Below are positions 7,769 to 17,090 of a stretch of 60,030 nucleotides of DNA, piece by piece. The notes beneath the pieces were generated by a model. It did not search any database and was not told where the DNA came from. It was given only the letters and a program-made list of their open reading frames with translations. The number at the start of each line of letters is the position of its first letter. Position 1 is the first letter of the stretch. Origin of the DNA: Candidatus Rokuibacteriota bacterium (lineage in GTDB: Bacteria; Methylomirabilota; Methylomirabilia; Rokubacteriales; CSP1-6); the NCBI GenBank assembly GCA_016209635.1, contig JACQWC010000130.1, positions 1 to 60,030 of the forward strand. The letters are read 5' to 3'. Made by a program: the position numbers and the translations under genes.

Positions 7769-8758
7769 TCACGCCTTTCCTTTCCGGACAGCGTCGTGCT
7801 CCAGGCCTCGAAGCACCTCGATGAACGCGGGGGTGATGCGCGGATCCCACGCGCCGGCGTCCGTCTCGCGCTTCAGGATCGAGACCGCCTCCGCGTGCGG
7901 GAGCGGACGCTTGTACGGGCGCTCCGTGTGGAGCGCATCGTAGACGTCGACGACCGCCATGATCCGCGCCCCCAGCGGGATCGCCTCGCCCTTGAGCCCG
8001 TCGGGGTAGCCCGAGCCGTCCCACCGCTCGTGGTGGTGGCGGATGATGGGGCGCACCTCGTCCAGCGACCGCATGCCCCGGATCAGGTCGGCGCCGACGA
8101 CGGGATGGCGCTTGATCCGCTCGCGCTCGGCGGGATCGAGGGGGCCGGGCTTCAAGAGGATCCCGTCGGGCACCGCGATCTTCCCGAGGTCGTGAAGGAA
8201 GCCACCGAAGCGGAGCGCTCTCAACACCGGCCCGTTCGCGCCGAGCGCCCCGGCGAGAGCCACCGTGTACCGGGCGAGGCGCTCGCAGTGACCCGCGGTA
8301 TAGGGGTCGCGGGCCTCGATGGTCGCGCCGAGCGCGGTGAGGACGCTCTCGGCGCTCTCGAGCTGGTCCACGAGGCTCTTCACGCGGAGCAGCGCCGCCA
8401 CCCGCGTGCGCAGCTCGAGCAGGTCGAAGGGCTTGGCGAAGAAGTCGTCGGCCCCCGCCGAGAGGCCGGCGACGCGGGCGTCGAGGTCGGACACCGCCGT
8501 CAGGATCACGACCGGGGTGAGCTGGAATCTCGGATCCCGCTTGACCCGCGCCGTCAGCTCGATCCCGCTCATGGCCCCCATGTGGACGTCGGTGAGGATC
8601 AGGTCGGGCGGCGTCGTCTCGAGGATTCCGAGCGCCGCCTCGGCCGAGGCCGCGGTCACGGTCCGGTAGCCGAGTGCGGACAGGCTCTCGGCGAGGAGGT
8701 CCCGGATGCCGTCCTCGTCCTCGACCACGAGAATCGTGGCGCCTGAGCCATCTTTCAT
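7769..8758 (-). CDS. Response regulator with HD-GYP c-di-GMP phosphodiesterase domain
   Basis: REC domain, then LHDLGK, HHERWDGSGYPDG, DVYDAL, RPYK. Confidence 0.93.
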   Translation of the reverse strand: MKDGSGATILVVEDEDGIRDLLAESLSALGYRTVTAASAEAALGILETTPPDLILTDVHMGAMSGIELTARVKRDPRFQLTPVVILTAVSDLDARVAGLSAGADDFFAKPFDLLELRTRVAALLRVKSLVDQLESAESVLTALGATIEARDPYTAGHCERLARYTVALAGALGANGPVLRALRFGGFLHDLGKIAVPDGILLKPGPLDPAERERIKRHPVVGADLIRGMRSLDEVRPIIRHHHERWDGSGYPDGLKGEAIPLGARIMAVVDVYDALHTERPYKRPLPHAEAVSILKRETDAGAWDPRITPAFIEVLRGLEHDAVRKGKA

Positions 8759-8805
8759 CGCGGCCTCGTCCTTCGAGCGCGGGGCCGGTCGACTCCCGCG
8801 CCCCG

Positions 8806-11490
8806 CTAGGTGCCGGCGCGTGCCACGAGATCGTAGACGAGCTCGAGGGCGGCGTCGAGCTTCGCCGGGTCCTTGCCGCCGGCCTGGGCCAGATCGGGCC
8901 GGCCGCCGCCGCCGCCGCCCACGGCGCGGGCGACCTCCTGCACGAGCGTGCCCGCGTGGAAGCGCCTGGTGAGGTCCTTCGTCACCGCGGCGACCAGGCT
9001 GACCTTGCCGTCCGCGACGCTGCCGACGCAGACGACCCCGGAGCCCAGGCGGTCGCGCAGCCGGTCCACGACGGCGCGGAGCCCGTCGGCGTCGAGCCCG
9101 TCCACCCGGGCCGCGACGACCGCCACGCCGTTGACCTGGCGCGCGGCCGCGACGAGGTCGTCCGCGCGCGAGCGCGCCAGCCTCGCCTCCAGCTCCCGGA
9201 GCCCGCGCTCGAGCGCGCGCTGCTCGTCCAGGAGCTTCTGGAGCCGCCGCGGCACCTCGAGCGGCGCGATCTTCAGCAATTCCGCCGCCTCGCGCAGCGC
9301 CGCGTCGCGCCGCGCGACGGTCTCGAGCGCCGCCGAGCCGGCGACCGCCTCGATCCGGCGCACGCCGGACGCGACCGCGCCCTCCGTCGCCACCTTCAGG
9401 AGGCCGAGCTGGCCGGTCTGGTCGAGGTGGGTGCCGCCGCACAGCTCGGTCGAGAAGTCGCCGATCCTGACGACGCGCACGCGCTGCCCGTACTTCTCGC
9501 CGAAGAGCGCCAGGGCCCCCAGCCTCAGCGCGGCGTCGAGATCCATCTCGACCGGGGTCACCGCGACATTCGCCTGGACCTGCTCGTTCACCAGCTCCTC
9601 GATCCGCTCGATCTCCCCGTCCTTCACCTGGGCGGGATGCGAGAAGTCGAACCGCAAGTGATCCGGCGCGACCAGCGAGCCGGCCTGGAGCACGTGCGTC
9701 CCGAGCACCTTCCGGAGCGCGGCGTGGAGGAGATGCGTGCCGGTGTGGTGCTGGCGCAGCCCCTGCCGCCGCGGCGACGCGATCGTGACCGCCACGTCCT
9801 CCCCCTCGTGGAAGCCGCCCTGGGCGACGCGCACGCGGTGGACGATCAGCTTCGAGCCGCGGTAGTAGGTGTCGACGATGTCCCCGCGGCCGCTCCGGCC
9901 CACGACCGTGCCCGTGTCTCCCATCTGGCCGCCGGACTCCGCGTACGCCGGCGTCCGGTCGAGGATCACTTCGACCTCGTCACCCGCCGCGGCCTCCCGG
10001 CGCCGTCGCGCGCCGCCCCCGGCGACGTCGACGAGCGCCACCACCCGCGCCGGCGAGGCGAGCGTCGTGTACCCGACGAACTCGATCGGCGGGATCTCGG
10101 CGGAGAGCTGCCGGTAGATCGCCACGGCCTCGGCGCCCTCGTCGCCCCCGAACGCCGCGCCCGCGCGCGCCCGCTCCCGCTGCGCCTCCATCTCTTGCTC
10201 CCACGCCGCGTCGGTCTCGGAGGCCGGCTGCCACCCCCGGTCGCGCAGGACCTCCTCGGCGAGGTCCCGGGGGAACCCGTACGTGTCGTAGAGCGTGAAC
10301 AGGAAGCGTCCGTCGATCGGACGCCCCCCGCCGGGCCCCTCCGCCTCGGCGTACTCGTCGATCCTGCGCATGCCGCTGTCGAGCGTCTCGGCGAACCGCT
10401 CCTCCTCGCCGCGAACGGCCTCCTCGATCCGCGCCTGGGCGGCCGCGATCTCCGGATAGGCGTCGCGCATCAGCTCGACCACCCAGCCGACCGTCGTCCA
10501 GAGGAATGGATCGCGGAGGCCGAGCCTGCGGCCGTGGCGCATTGCACGCCGCATGATCCGCCGGAGCACGTAGCCGCGCCACTCGTTCGACGGCGTGACG
10601 CCGTCGGCCAGGAGGAAGGTGGTCGCCCGCGCGTGGTCGGCGATGACGCGCATCGAGACGTCGTCGTCCGGGAGCGCGTGGTAGCGCTTGCGCGCGAGGT
10701 CCGAGATCCGCCCGATCAGCGGCCCGAGCAGGTCCGTCTCGAAGGTCGACGTGCGGCCCTGCATGACCGCCGTGACGCGCTCGAGCCCCATGCCCGTGTC
10801 GATGGAGGGGCGCGGGAGCGGGGTCAGGGCCCCCGTCCCGTCGCGGTTCCACTGCATGAACACGAGGTTCCAGATCTCGAGCCAGCGATCGCACTCGCAC
10901 GCCGGCCCGAGGCAGGTCCGGCCGGCCGCCGCCTCGGCGCAGGGAAGGTGGTCGCCCTGATGGAAGTGGACCTCCGAGCAGGGGCCGCAGGGCCCCGTGT
11001 CCCCCATCGCCCAGAAGTTGTCCTCCTCGCCCAGACGCAGGACGCGGTCCTCCCCGAGACCGGCAACCTTCTGCCAGAGCCCGAAGGCGTCGTCGTCGTC
11101 CCGGTAGACCGTGGCGCAGAGGCGGCGCCGGTCGAGCCCGAGGTCGCGCGTGAGGAACTCCCAGCAGAAGGCGATCGCCTCCGGCTTGAAGTAGTCGCCG
11201 AACGAGAAGTTCCCCAGCATCTCGAAGAACGTGTGGTGGCGCGCCGTCCGCCCCACGTTCTCGAGGTCGTTGTGCTTGCCGCCGGCGCGGACGCACTTCT
11301 GGCAGGTCGTCGCGCGCGCGTAGTCGCGCCGCTCCTCGCCGAGGAAGAGCGCCTTGAACTGGACCATCCCCGCGCTCGTGAAGAGGAGGGTCGGGTCCTC
11401 CCCGGGAACGAGCGGGGAGGAGCGCACGCGGGCGTGGCCATTCCGCTCGAAGTAGCGGAGGAACGCCTCGCGGAGCTCGTGGCCCTTCAT
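8806..11490 (-). CDS. alaS: Alanine--tRNA ligase
   Basis: DPTLLFT, HHTFFEMLGNFSFGDYFK, IDTGMGLER, HTGTHLLH, ELCGGTH, GGGRPDLAQAGG. Confidence 0.99.
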   Translation of the reverse strand: MKGHELREAFLRYFERNGHARVRSSPLVPGEDPTLLFTSAGMVQFKALFLGEERRDYARATTCQKCVRAGGKHNDLENVGRTARHHTFFEMLGNFSFGDYFKPEAIAFCWEFLTRDLGLDRRRLCATVYRDDDDAFGLWQKVAGLGEDRVLRLGEEDNFWAMGDTGPCGPCSEVHFHQGDHLPCAEAAAGRTCLGPACECDRWLEIWNLVFMQWNRDGTGALTPLPRPSIDTGMGLERVTAVMQGRTSTFETDLLGPLIGRISDLARKRYHALPDDDVSMRVIADHARATTFLLADGVTPSNEWRGYVLRRIMRRAMRHGRRLGLRDPFLWTTVGWVVELMRDAYPEIAAAQARIEEAVRGEEERFAETLDSGMRRIDEYAEAEGPGGGRPIDGRFLFTLYDTYGFPRDLAEEVLRDRGWQPASETDAAWEQEMEAQRERARAGAAFGGDEGAEAVAIYRQLSAEIPPIEFVGYTTLASPARVVALVDVAGGGARRRREAAAGDEVEVILDRTPAYAESGGQMGDTGTVVGRSGRGDIVDTYYRGSKLIVHRVRVAQGGFHEGEDVAVTIASPRRQGLRQHHTGTHLLHAALRKVLGTHVLQAGSLVAPDHLRFDFSHPAQVKDGEIERIEELVNEQVQANVAVTPVEMDLDAALRLGALALFGEKYGQRVRVVRIGDFSTELCGGTHLDQTGQLGLLKVATEGAVASGVRRIEAVAGSAALETVARRDAALREAAELLKIAPLEVPRRLQKLLDEQRALERGLRELEARLARSRADDLVAAARQVNGVAVVAARVDGLDADGLRAVVDRLRDRLGSGVVCVGSVADGKVSLVAAVTKDLTRRFHAGTLVQEVARAVGGGGGGRPDLAQAGGKDPAKLDAALELVYDLVARAGT

Positions 11491-11578
11491 GGGAGGCTCA
11501 ATTGTAGCATCCGACTCCGGGCAGCGCCGGCGACCGCCGCCGGACCCTCAGAGTCCGTGAATCAATCGGGTGTCGAGA

Positions 11579-11645
11579 CGGGCCCGGGTTCATCCCGGGC
11601 CCGGCGAGCGGTGGGGGTATCGGGGGCCATGTCGGGGCCCCCGAT
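11579..11645. terminator. Two tandem GC-rich hairpins downstream of the membrane-protein gene
   Basis: CGGGCCCGGG-ttcat-CCCGGGCCCG and ATCGGGGGCC-7 nt-GGCCCCCGAT; no clear U-tract. Confidence 0.45.
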
Positions 11646-11649
11646 GATC

Positions 11650-12609
11650 TTAGTCCTCGTGCCAGGCCGCGCTCACGCGGTGCGCCAGCCCGCGGTGGCC
11701 CTTCAGAAAGTAGCCGAGCATGGCGGCGGCCGCGAGGAGGTTCCCCAGGAAGATCGTCCAGCCGGCCAGCTCGTCGAGCACCCACTTCGCCGCCACCACG
11801 ACCGCGCCGAAGAAGAAGACCTCGAAGGCCGTGAAGAAGATGACGAGCGCGAAGACGAAGAGCGGCTGGCGCTCCGCGCCGGCGATGAGCAGCGCGACGA
11901 CGATGCCGAAGAGGGCGAAGGCGAGCCCGTGGACCAGGGTGTACAGGAAGATCGCGGGCAGGGCGCTCGGCTGGCGGAGGAGCGCCGTGCCGAGGAGGGC
12001 GGGCGTCCGGAGCGGCTCGCCCTGGACCCAGTCGATCACGAGGAACCAGAGCGCGACGACCGCGGCGCCGATGAGCCCGGCGATGATCCCCTCCGCGAGC
12101 ACGCCGCCCCAGGAGCCGACCAGCGAGCGGGGCAGGGCGCGGTGGGCGCGGAAGAAGTACCAGAGCATCGCCGCGGAGGCGAGGAGGTTCCCGATCAGGA
12201 TCGACCACCAGACGAGCGCCCCCATGAGCGACTTCCCGAGCACGCCGACGGCCCCGAAGAAGAACATCTCGAAGCACGCGAAGAGGATGACGAACGCGAT
12301 GAAGAGAGCGGGCTCCCGCTCGCTCGCCGCCATGAGGCTCGCGGCGAGCACACCGAACCCGACGAAGGCGAGCCCGTGGAGGATCGTGTAGCCCACGATC
12401 GGGCCGAAGGTGATCTCGAGGCCGATCGGGCTGCTGACGCCGTGGAAGACCGCGGCGCCGAGGAGCGCCGGCGTGAGGAGCGGCCGGCCGCGCGCGATGT
12501 CGAAGACGAGGAACCAGACGGCCACGACGGCCGCGCCGATCATACCCGCGACGATGCCTTCCCGCAGGACCGACGGTTGCGCGCGCGCCATGGATGGCTC
12601 CGGCGTCAT
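11650..12609 (-). CDS. Integral membrane protein built from two tandem ~150-aa repeats
   Basis: Duplicated EGIxAGxIGAAVVAxWFLVxD...TPALLG...HGLAF...FExFFFG...GNLLA. Confidence 0.85.
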   Translation of the reverse strand: MTPEPSMARAQPSVLREGIVAGMIGAAVVAVWFLVFDIARGRPLLTPALLGAAVFHGVSSPIGLEITFGPIVGYTILHGLAFVGFGVLAASLMAASEREPALFIAFVILFACFEMFFFGAVGVLGKSLMGALVWWSILIGNLLASAAMLWYFFRAHRALPRSLVGSWGGVLAEGIIAGLIGAAVVALWFLVIDWVQGEPLRTPALLGTALLRQPSALPAIFLYTLVHGLAFALFGIVVALLIAGAERQPLFVFALVIFFTAFEVFFFGAVVVAAKWVLDELAGWTIFLGNLLAAAAMLGYFLKGHRGLAHRVSAAWHED

Positions 12610-12645
12610 CTTAGCGCCCCCCTCCACCCCGGGCAACCGCCGGGT

Positions 12646-13287
12646 TCAGGCCTCGCGCGCGAGTCGCGCGCCGTAGTCGGAGTAGCGGAGGTGCGGGGGG
12701 AGAGACGAGCGGTGGGCGACGGGGCTCCATGGGTCCGCGTGCCGCCAGGCGCCGCCGCGACTGACGCGGCGGGCGCCGCTCGGCGGGCCCGCGGGGTTCC
12801 GCCGCGGCGAGCCCGCGTAGTAGGCCGGGTCGAACCAGTCCGCGCACCACTCGTGGCAGACGCCGGAGAGATCGGTGAGGCCCCAGGGATTCGGGGGGGT
12901 TCCGCCGACCTCGGGCGGTCGATCGAAGAGTCCGTCGGGCCGCGCCTCTCCCCAGGGGTACCGGGCCGCCTCGAGGCCGCCGCGCGCCGCTCGCTCCCAC
13001 TCGGCTTCGGTCGGCAGGCGCGCGCCGAACCACGCCGCGACGGCGACTGCCTCGTCCCACGAGAGGCCGACGACCGGCTGGCGGGGGCTCGAGAAGCCGG
13101 GGCGGCCCCAGAAGCGCGGCGGTGGCACCCCGGTGGCCGCCAGATACTCGGCGAACTCGGCGTTCGTCACCGGGGTGCGGGCGATGCGGAAGGCGTCCAC
13201 CCACACGCGGTGGCGCGGCCGCTCGCCTGGATGGCCGGCGTCCCACCCCATGTCGAACTCCCCGGCCGCGATGCGTATCCAGTCCAC
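12646..13287 (-). CDS. Formylglycine-generating enzyme (SUMF1/FGE-sulfatase) family protein
   Basis: GEFDMG, PVTNAEF, RLPTEAEWERAARGG, YPWG, RGGAW. Confidence 0.88.
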   Translation of the reverse strand: MDWIRIAAGEFDMGWDAGHPGERPRHRVWVDAFRIARTPVTNAEFAEYLAATGVPPPRFWGRPGFSSPRQPVVGLSWDEAVAVAAWFGARLPTEAEWERAARGGLEAARYPWGEARPDGLFDRPPEVGGTPPNPWGLTDLSGVCHEWCADWFDPAYYAGSPRRNPAGPPSGARRVSRGGAWRHADPWSPVAHRSSLPPHLRYSDYGARLAREA

Positions 13288-13382
13288 GGCGCCTAGTCTA
13301 GCCTCCCGCCGTTTATAATGCCGGGGCCGGCAGGGGCCTTCGCCGCCGATCGGCTCGCGGCCGGGAGATCGAGGAGGGGCCC

Positions 13383-14552
13383 ATGAACGTCGCTCCACGC
13401 ATGGCGCGGCTCGGCACCGAGTCCGCGTTCGAGGTGCTCGCGCGGGCCAGGGCGCTCGAGCGCCAGGGTCGGTGCATCATCCATCTCGAGATCGGCGAGC
13501 CCGACTTCGACACACCCCTGCACATCCGCGAGGCGGCGAAGCAGGCGCTCGACGCCGGCGCGACCCACTACGGTCCCTCGGCGGGCCTGCCCGAGCTCCG
13601 CGAGGCGATCGCCAAGCACATCGGCGAGACGCGCTCCATCGCGGTGTCCCCGGAGGAGGTCGTCGTCACGCCCGGGGCGAAGCCCATCATGTTCTTCACG
13701 ATCCTGGCGCTGGCCGGTGCCGGGGACGAGGTGATCTACCCGAACCCCGGGTTCCCGATCTATGAGTCGGTGATCAACTTCGCCGGCGGCGTTCCGGTGC
13801 CGATCCCGCTGCTCGAGGAGAGCGGGTTCGGCTTCGATCTCGACCGCTTCGAGCGCAGCGTCTCGCCCCGGACCCGGCTGATCATCATCAACTCGCCCCA
13901 GAATCCGACGGGGGGCGTGCTCGAGCGCGGCCAGCTCGAGCGCATCGCCGCGCTCGCCGCGTCCCACGGGATCCCGGTGCTGGCGGACGAGATTTATCGC
14001 CAGTTCCTCTACGAGGGGGAGTTCGTCTCGATCGTCGGGCTCCCCGGCATGCGCGAGCTCACGATCATCCTGGACGGCTTCTCGAAGTCCTATGCGATGA
14101 CCGGCTGGCGCCTCGGCTACGGCGTGATGCCGGTGGGCCTGGCCGAGCACGTGACGAGGCTCATGGTGAACTCCGCGTCGTGCACGGCCTCGTTCGTCCA
14201 GCTCGCGGGCATCGCGGCGCTCCAGGGGGACCAGACCCCGGTCGCCCGCATGGTCGGCGAGTTCAAGCGCCGCCGCGATCTGGTCGTGGACGGCCTCAAC
14301 CGGCTACCGGGCGTGTCGTGCAGGTCCCCGCGCGGCGCCTTCTACGTCTTCCCCAACATCACGCGGACGAAGCGGCCCTCGAGCGAGGTCGCGGAGCGGC
14401 TGCTGACCGAGGCCGGCGTGGCGGTGCTCTCGGGGACCGCCTTCGGCGCTCACGGCGAGGGGTACCTGCGCCTCTCGTACGCGAACTCGGAAGTGAACCT
14501 CAGGGAGGCGCTCGACCGGATGCGGCCCGTCTTCGAGAGCCTCCAGCGGTAG
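13383..14552 (+). CDS. PLP-dependent aminotransferase class I/II (aspartate aminotransferase-like)
   Basis: IGEPDF, NSPQNPTG, DEIY, GFSKSYAMTGWRLGY; upstream TATAAT and GAGGAGG. Confidence 0.93.
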   Translation: MNVAPRMARLGTESAFEVLARARALERQGRCIIHLEIGEPDFDTPLHIREAAKQALDAGATHYGPSAGLPELREAIAKHIGETRSIAVSPEEVVVTPGAKPIMFFTILALAGAGDEVIYPNPGFPIYESVINFAGGVPVPIPLLEESGFGFDLDRFERSVSPRTRLIIINSPQNPTGGVLERGQLERIAALAASHGIPVLADEIYRQFLYEGEFVSIVGLPGMRELTIILDGFSKSYAMTGWRLGYGVMPVGLAEHVTRLMVNSASCTASFVQLAGIAALQGDQTPVARMVGEFKRRRDLVVDGLNRLPGVSCRSPRGAFYVFPNITRTKRPSSEVAERLLTEAGVAVLSGTAFGAHGEGYLRLSYANSEVNLREALDRMRPVFESLQR

Positions 14553-14557
14553 CGCGC

Positions 14558-15040
14558 GTGGCCGGCGACGCCTCCGCGGCGTGGAAGGAGTGGGAAGGCC
14601 GGGAGACCGAGCTCGCGTGGGGACGGTACCCCGTCGAGCACGATCCCATTCGCCGTCACTGCCACATGGTGGACGACCGGAATCCGCGCTTCCTCGAGCG
14701 CGGCGAGTGCCCGCCGGTCATGGTGGACTACTTCGCCTCGGCCGGTCCGTGGCCGCCGGCCGACCTCGACATCCTGGCGCTCGTGCGGAGGATCCCGACG
14801 CCGGGCGATCGCCTCGTGAACCTGAACCAGGAGCTGGAGTGGTTCCGGACCGTCAGGGTCGGCGAGCGGCTCGGCGCACGCCACCGGGTGCTGAGCATCG
14901 AGCAGCGCCCGACGCGGCTCGACGCCCGCTCCGTGTGGATCCGCACCGAGACGACCGTCGTCGACGCGACGGGCGCCCCCGTCGCCAGACGGCTGAACCA
15001 GATCATGGTCCACCGCGCCGCTGACGAGGTCCGGCCGTGA
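14558..15040 (+). CDS. MaoC-like hotdog dehydratase (N-terminal type)
   Basis: VEHDPIRRHCHMVDDRNP, NLNQELEWFRTVRVGE. Confidence 0.75.
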   Translation: MAGDASAAWKEWEGRETELAWGRYPVEHDPIRRHCHMVDDRNPRFLERGECPPVMVDYFASAGPWPPADLDILALVRRIPTPGDRLVNLNQELEWFRTVRVGERLGARHRVLSIEQRPTRLDARSVWIRTETTVVDATGAPVARRLNQIMVHRAADEVRP

Positions 15041-15486
15041 GGCCGATCGCCCAGCGGTACTGGGACGACGTCGCCGAGGGCGAGGGCCTCCCCGGGTTCT
15101 CGCTCGAGCTGACGATGACGCGCATGGTGCTCCAGGTGAGCGGGACGCAGGACTTCTATCCCGTCCACCACGACCGCGAGTTCGCCCGGTCGGGCGGCCA
15201 CCCGGACATCTTCATCAACACCGCGTTCATCCGCGCGGCGCTGGCGAGGCTCCTCACCGACTGGGCGGGCGACGAGGGCTTCGTGCGCCGGCTCGCGTTC
15301 CAGATGCGCCGGCCGCACCTTCTCGGCGACACGATCCGCGTTGCCGGGCGCGTGGCGCGGCGGTGGCTGGACGGGGAGCGGGCCGCCGTCGACCTCGACG
15401 TCTGGATCGAGAACCCGCGCGACGGCATCGCGACTCCCGGCAGCGCGACGGTCTACCTCCCGCGCCGTGGGGGTCGCGCCGGCTGA
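15037..15486 (+). CDS. MaoC-family dehydratase
   Basis: YWDDVAEG, QDFYPVHHDREFA hydratase motif, GD. Confidence 0.85.
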   Translation: MRPIAQRYWDDVAEGEGLPGFSLELTMTRMVLQVSGTQDFYPVHHDREFARSGGHPDIFINTAFIRAALARLLTDWAGDEGFVRRLAFQMRRPHLLGDTIRVAGRVARRWLDGERAAVDLDVWIENPRDGIATPGSATVYLPRRGGRAG

Positions 15487-15508
15487 GCGATCCCGCGGGG
15501 ATGCCCCG

Positions 15509-17044
15509 ATGGTCCGCATGACCCTCGCCGATGTCGTCCTCGACGGGCTCGCGCGGGCCGGCACGTCCCGGATCTTCTGCGCGGCAGGCGAGGGCCTCGA
15601 TCCCCCTCTCCTCCGGTCGGCGCGGCGCCACGGCCTCGGCGTCGTCCCCGCCCGTGACCTGGCCGCCGCGTGCGTGATGGCGTCGGTCACCGGGGACTTG
15701 AACCGGAGCCCCGGCGCGGCCCTCACGAGGCTCGGACCCGGCCTGGCCACGGCCGGCCTGGCCCGCGCGCGCCTCGACGGCTCGCCGATGATCCTTCTGA
15801 CCGACGGCCGCCCGGACGAGCCGCCCGCGTCGAGACGCTCTCGACCGGCCGACGCGCGCCTGTTCCTCGGCGCCGTCGTGAAGGCGAGCATCGCCGTCGG
15901 GCCCGGCTCGGCGGCCGACGCGATCGTCCGCGCGTGCCGGCTCGCCCTCGGCGAACCACCGGGCCCCGTGCATCTCGACCTGGGGGCCGACGCTGCCGAG
16001 GAGCCGGCGGTCCCCGTGGCGACGGCCCTCCGTCCCGACGGGCTGCCCCCACCCGACCGAGGAGCGCTCGACCGAGCGGCGCGCATCCTCGCCGCGGCCA
16101 CCCGGCCGCTCCTGGTCGCGGGTGGCCAGTGCCGAACCGGTGAGGTCGCCGGCTGGCTCCGTGCGCTGGCCGAGGCGTTGCCCGCGCCGGTCCTGGTGAC
16201 GCCGAAGGCCAAGGGCGTCCTTCCCGATCCTCACCCCCTCCACCTCGGTCTCTTCCTGGGGAAGGCGATCGGGGCAGCGCCGCTCGCCCGCGCCGATCTG
16301 GTGGTGGCGATCGGCCTCGATCCGAGCGAGCTGGCCGATGGAGACTGGCTCGGGTCGGGGGCGGCGCCGCCGGTGCTCCGCCTCGCGCGATCGCCCGACG
16401 ACCGATATCGTCCGCTGGCAGAGGTCGTCGGCGAGATCGGCCTCGCCATCGAGGAGCTGGCGCCGCGCCTCCAGGGCCGCGACCGCGCCGACTGGGACGT
16501 GGCGGAGCTGGACCGCGCGAAGCGGGCCATCGGGGCCGAGCGCCCGATGCCGACGGGGGGCCTCGGAGCGGCCCGCGTGGTCCAGATCGCGCGCGAGCTC
16601 GCGCCGCCGGGGACGATCGTCAGCGTGGACGCCGGAGAGGTGCGAGGCGTGGTGACGGCGACGTGGCCCGCGCTGGCGCCGGGGGAGTACCTCGTCTCGA
16701 ACGACGCCCGCACGCCGGGCTTCGCGGTGCCCGCGGCGATCGCGGCCAGGCTCGCGCACCCGGATCGGTGCGTCCTCGGCTTCGCGGGTGAGGCCGGGCT
16801 CCCGTTGGCGGTCGCCGACCTCGAGACCGCCGCGCGGCTCGGCCTCTCTCTTGCCGTCATCGTCCTCCGCGGTGAAGGGGCCCCGGGGGTCCCGGTCCGG
16901 GACCTCCCCGCGCGCCCGGAGAGCGTCAGCATCTTCACCGCGGACGGGGAGGCCGGTCTCGGCGGAGCGCTCCGGCGGGCGCTCGACGCGAGGGGGCCCA
17001 CGCTGGTGGAGGCGCGCGTGGCGCGGTATCCTCAGAGTCGGTGA
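15509..17044 (+). CDS. ThDP-binding (acetolactate synthase-like) protein with degenerate motifs
   Basis: LGPG, PPGPVHLDL, KAKGVLPDPHP, GFAVPAAIAA; the catalytic Glu and GDG motif are altered. Start is 15509 or 15518. Confidence 0.75.
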   Translation: MVRMTLADVVLDGLARAGTSRIFCAAGEGLDPPLLRSARRHGLGVVPARDLAAACVMASVTGDLNRSPGAALTRLGPGLATAGLARARLDGSPMILLTDGRPDEPPASRRSRPADARLFLGAVVKASIAVGPGSAADAIVRACRLALGEPPGPVHLDLGADAAEEPAVPVATALRPDGLPPPDRGALDRAARILAAATRPLLVAGGQCRTGEVAGWLRALAEALPAPVLVTPKAKGVLPDPHPLHLGLFLGKAIGAAPLARADLVVAIGLDPSELADGDWLGSGAAPPVLRLARSPDDRYRPLAEVVGEIGLAIEELAPRLQGRDRADWDVAELDRAKRAIGAERPMPTGGLGAARVVQIARELAPPGTIVSVDAGEVRGVVTATWPALAPGEYLVSNDARTPGFAVPAAIAARLAHPDRCVLGFAGEAGLPLAVADLETAARLGLSLAVIVLRGEGAPGVPVRDLPARPESVSIFTADGEAGLGGALRRALDARGPTLVEARVARYPQSR

Positions 17045-17090
17045 CTCCGCTCACGGACGCGCACGATCCGCTCGCGATGGAGAGACGCCC

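Noticed and set aside
8674-13296. 1540-aa plus-strand ORF and many other long ORFs (e.g. 403-2097, 46454-49072)
   Set aside because: Antisense or off-frame shadows of real genes in high-GC DNA, with no motifs and Arg/Ala/Gly/Pro-rich composition.
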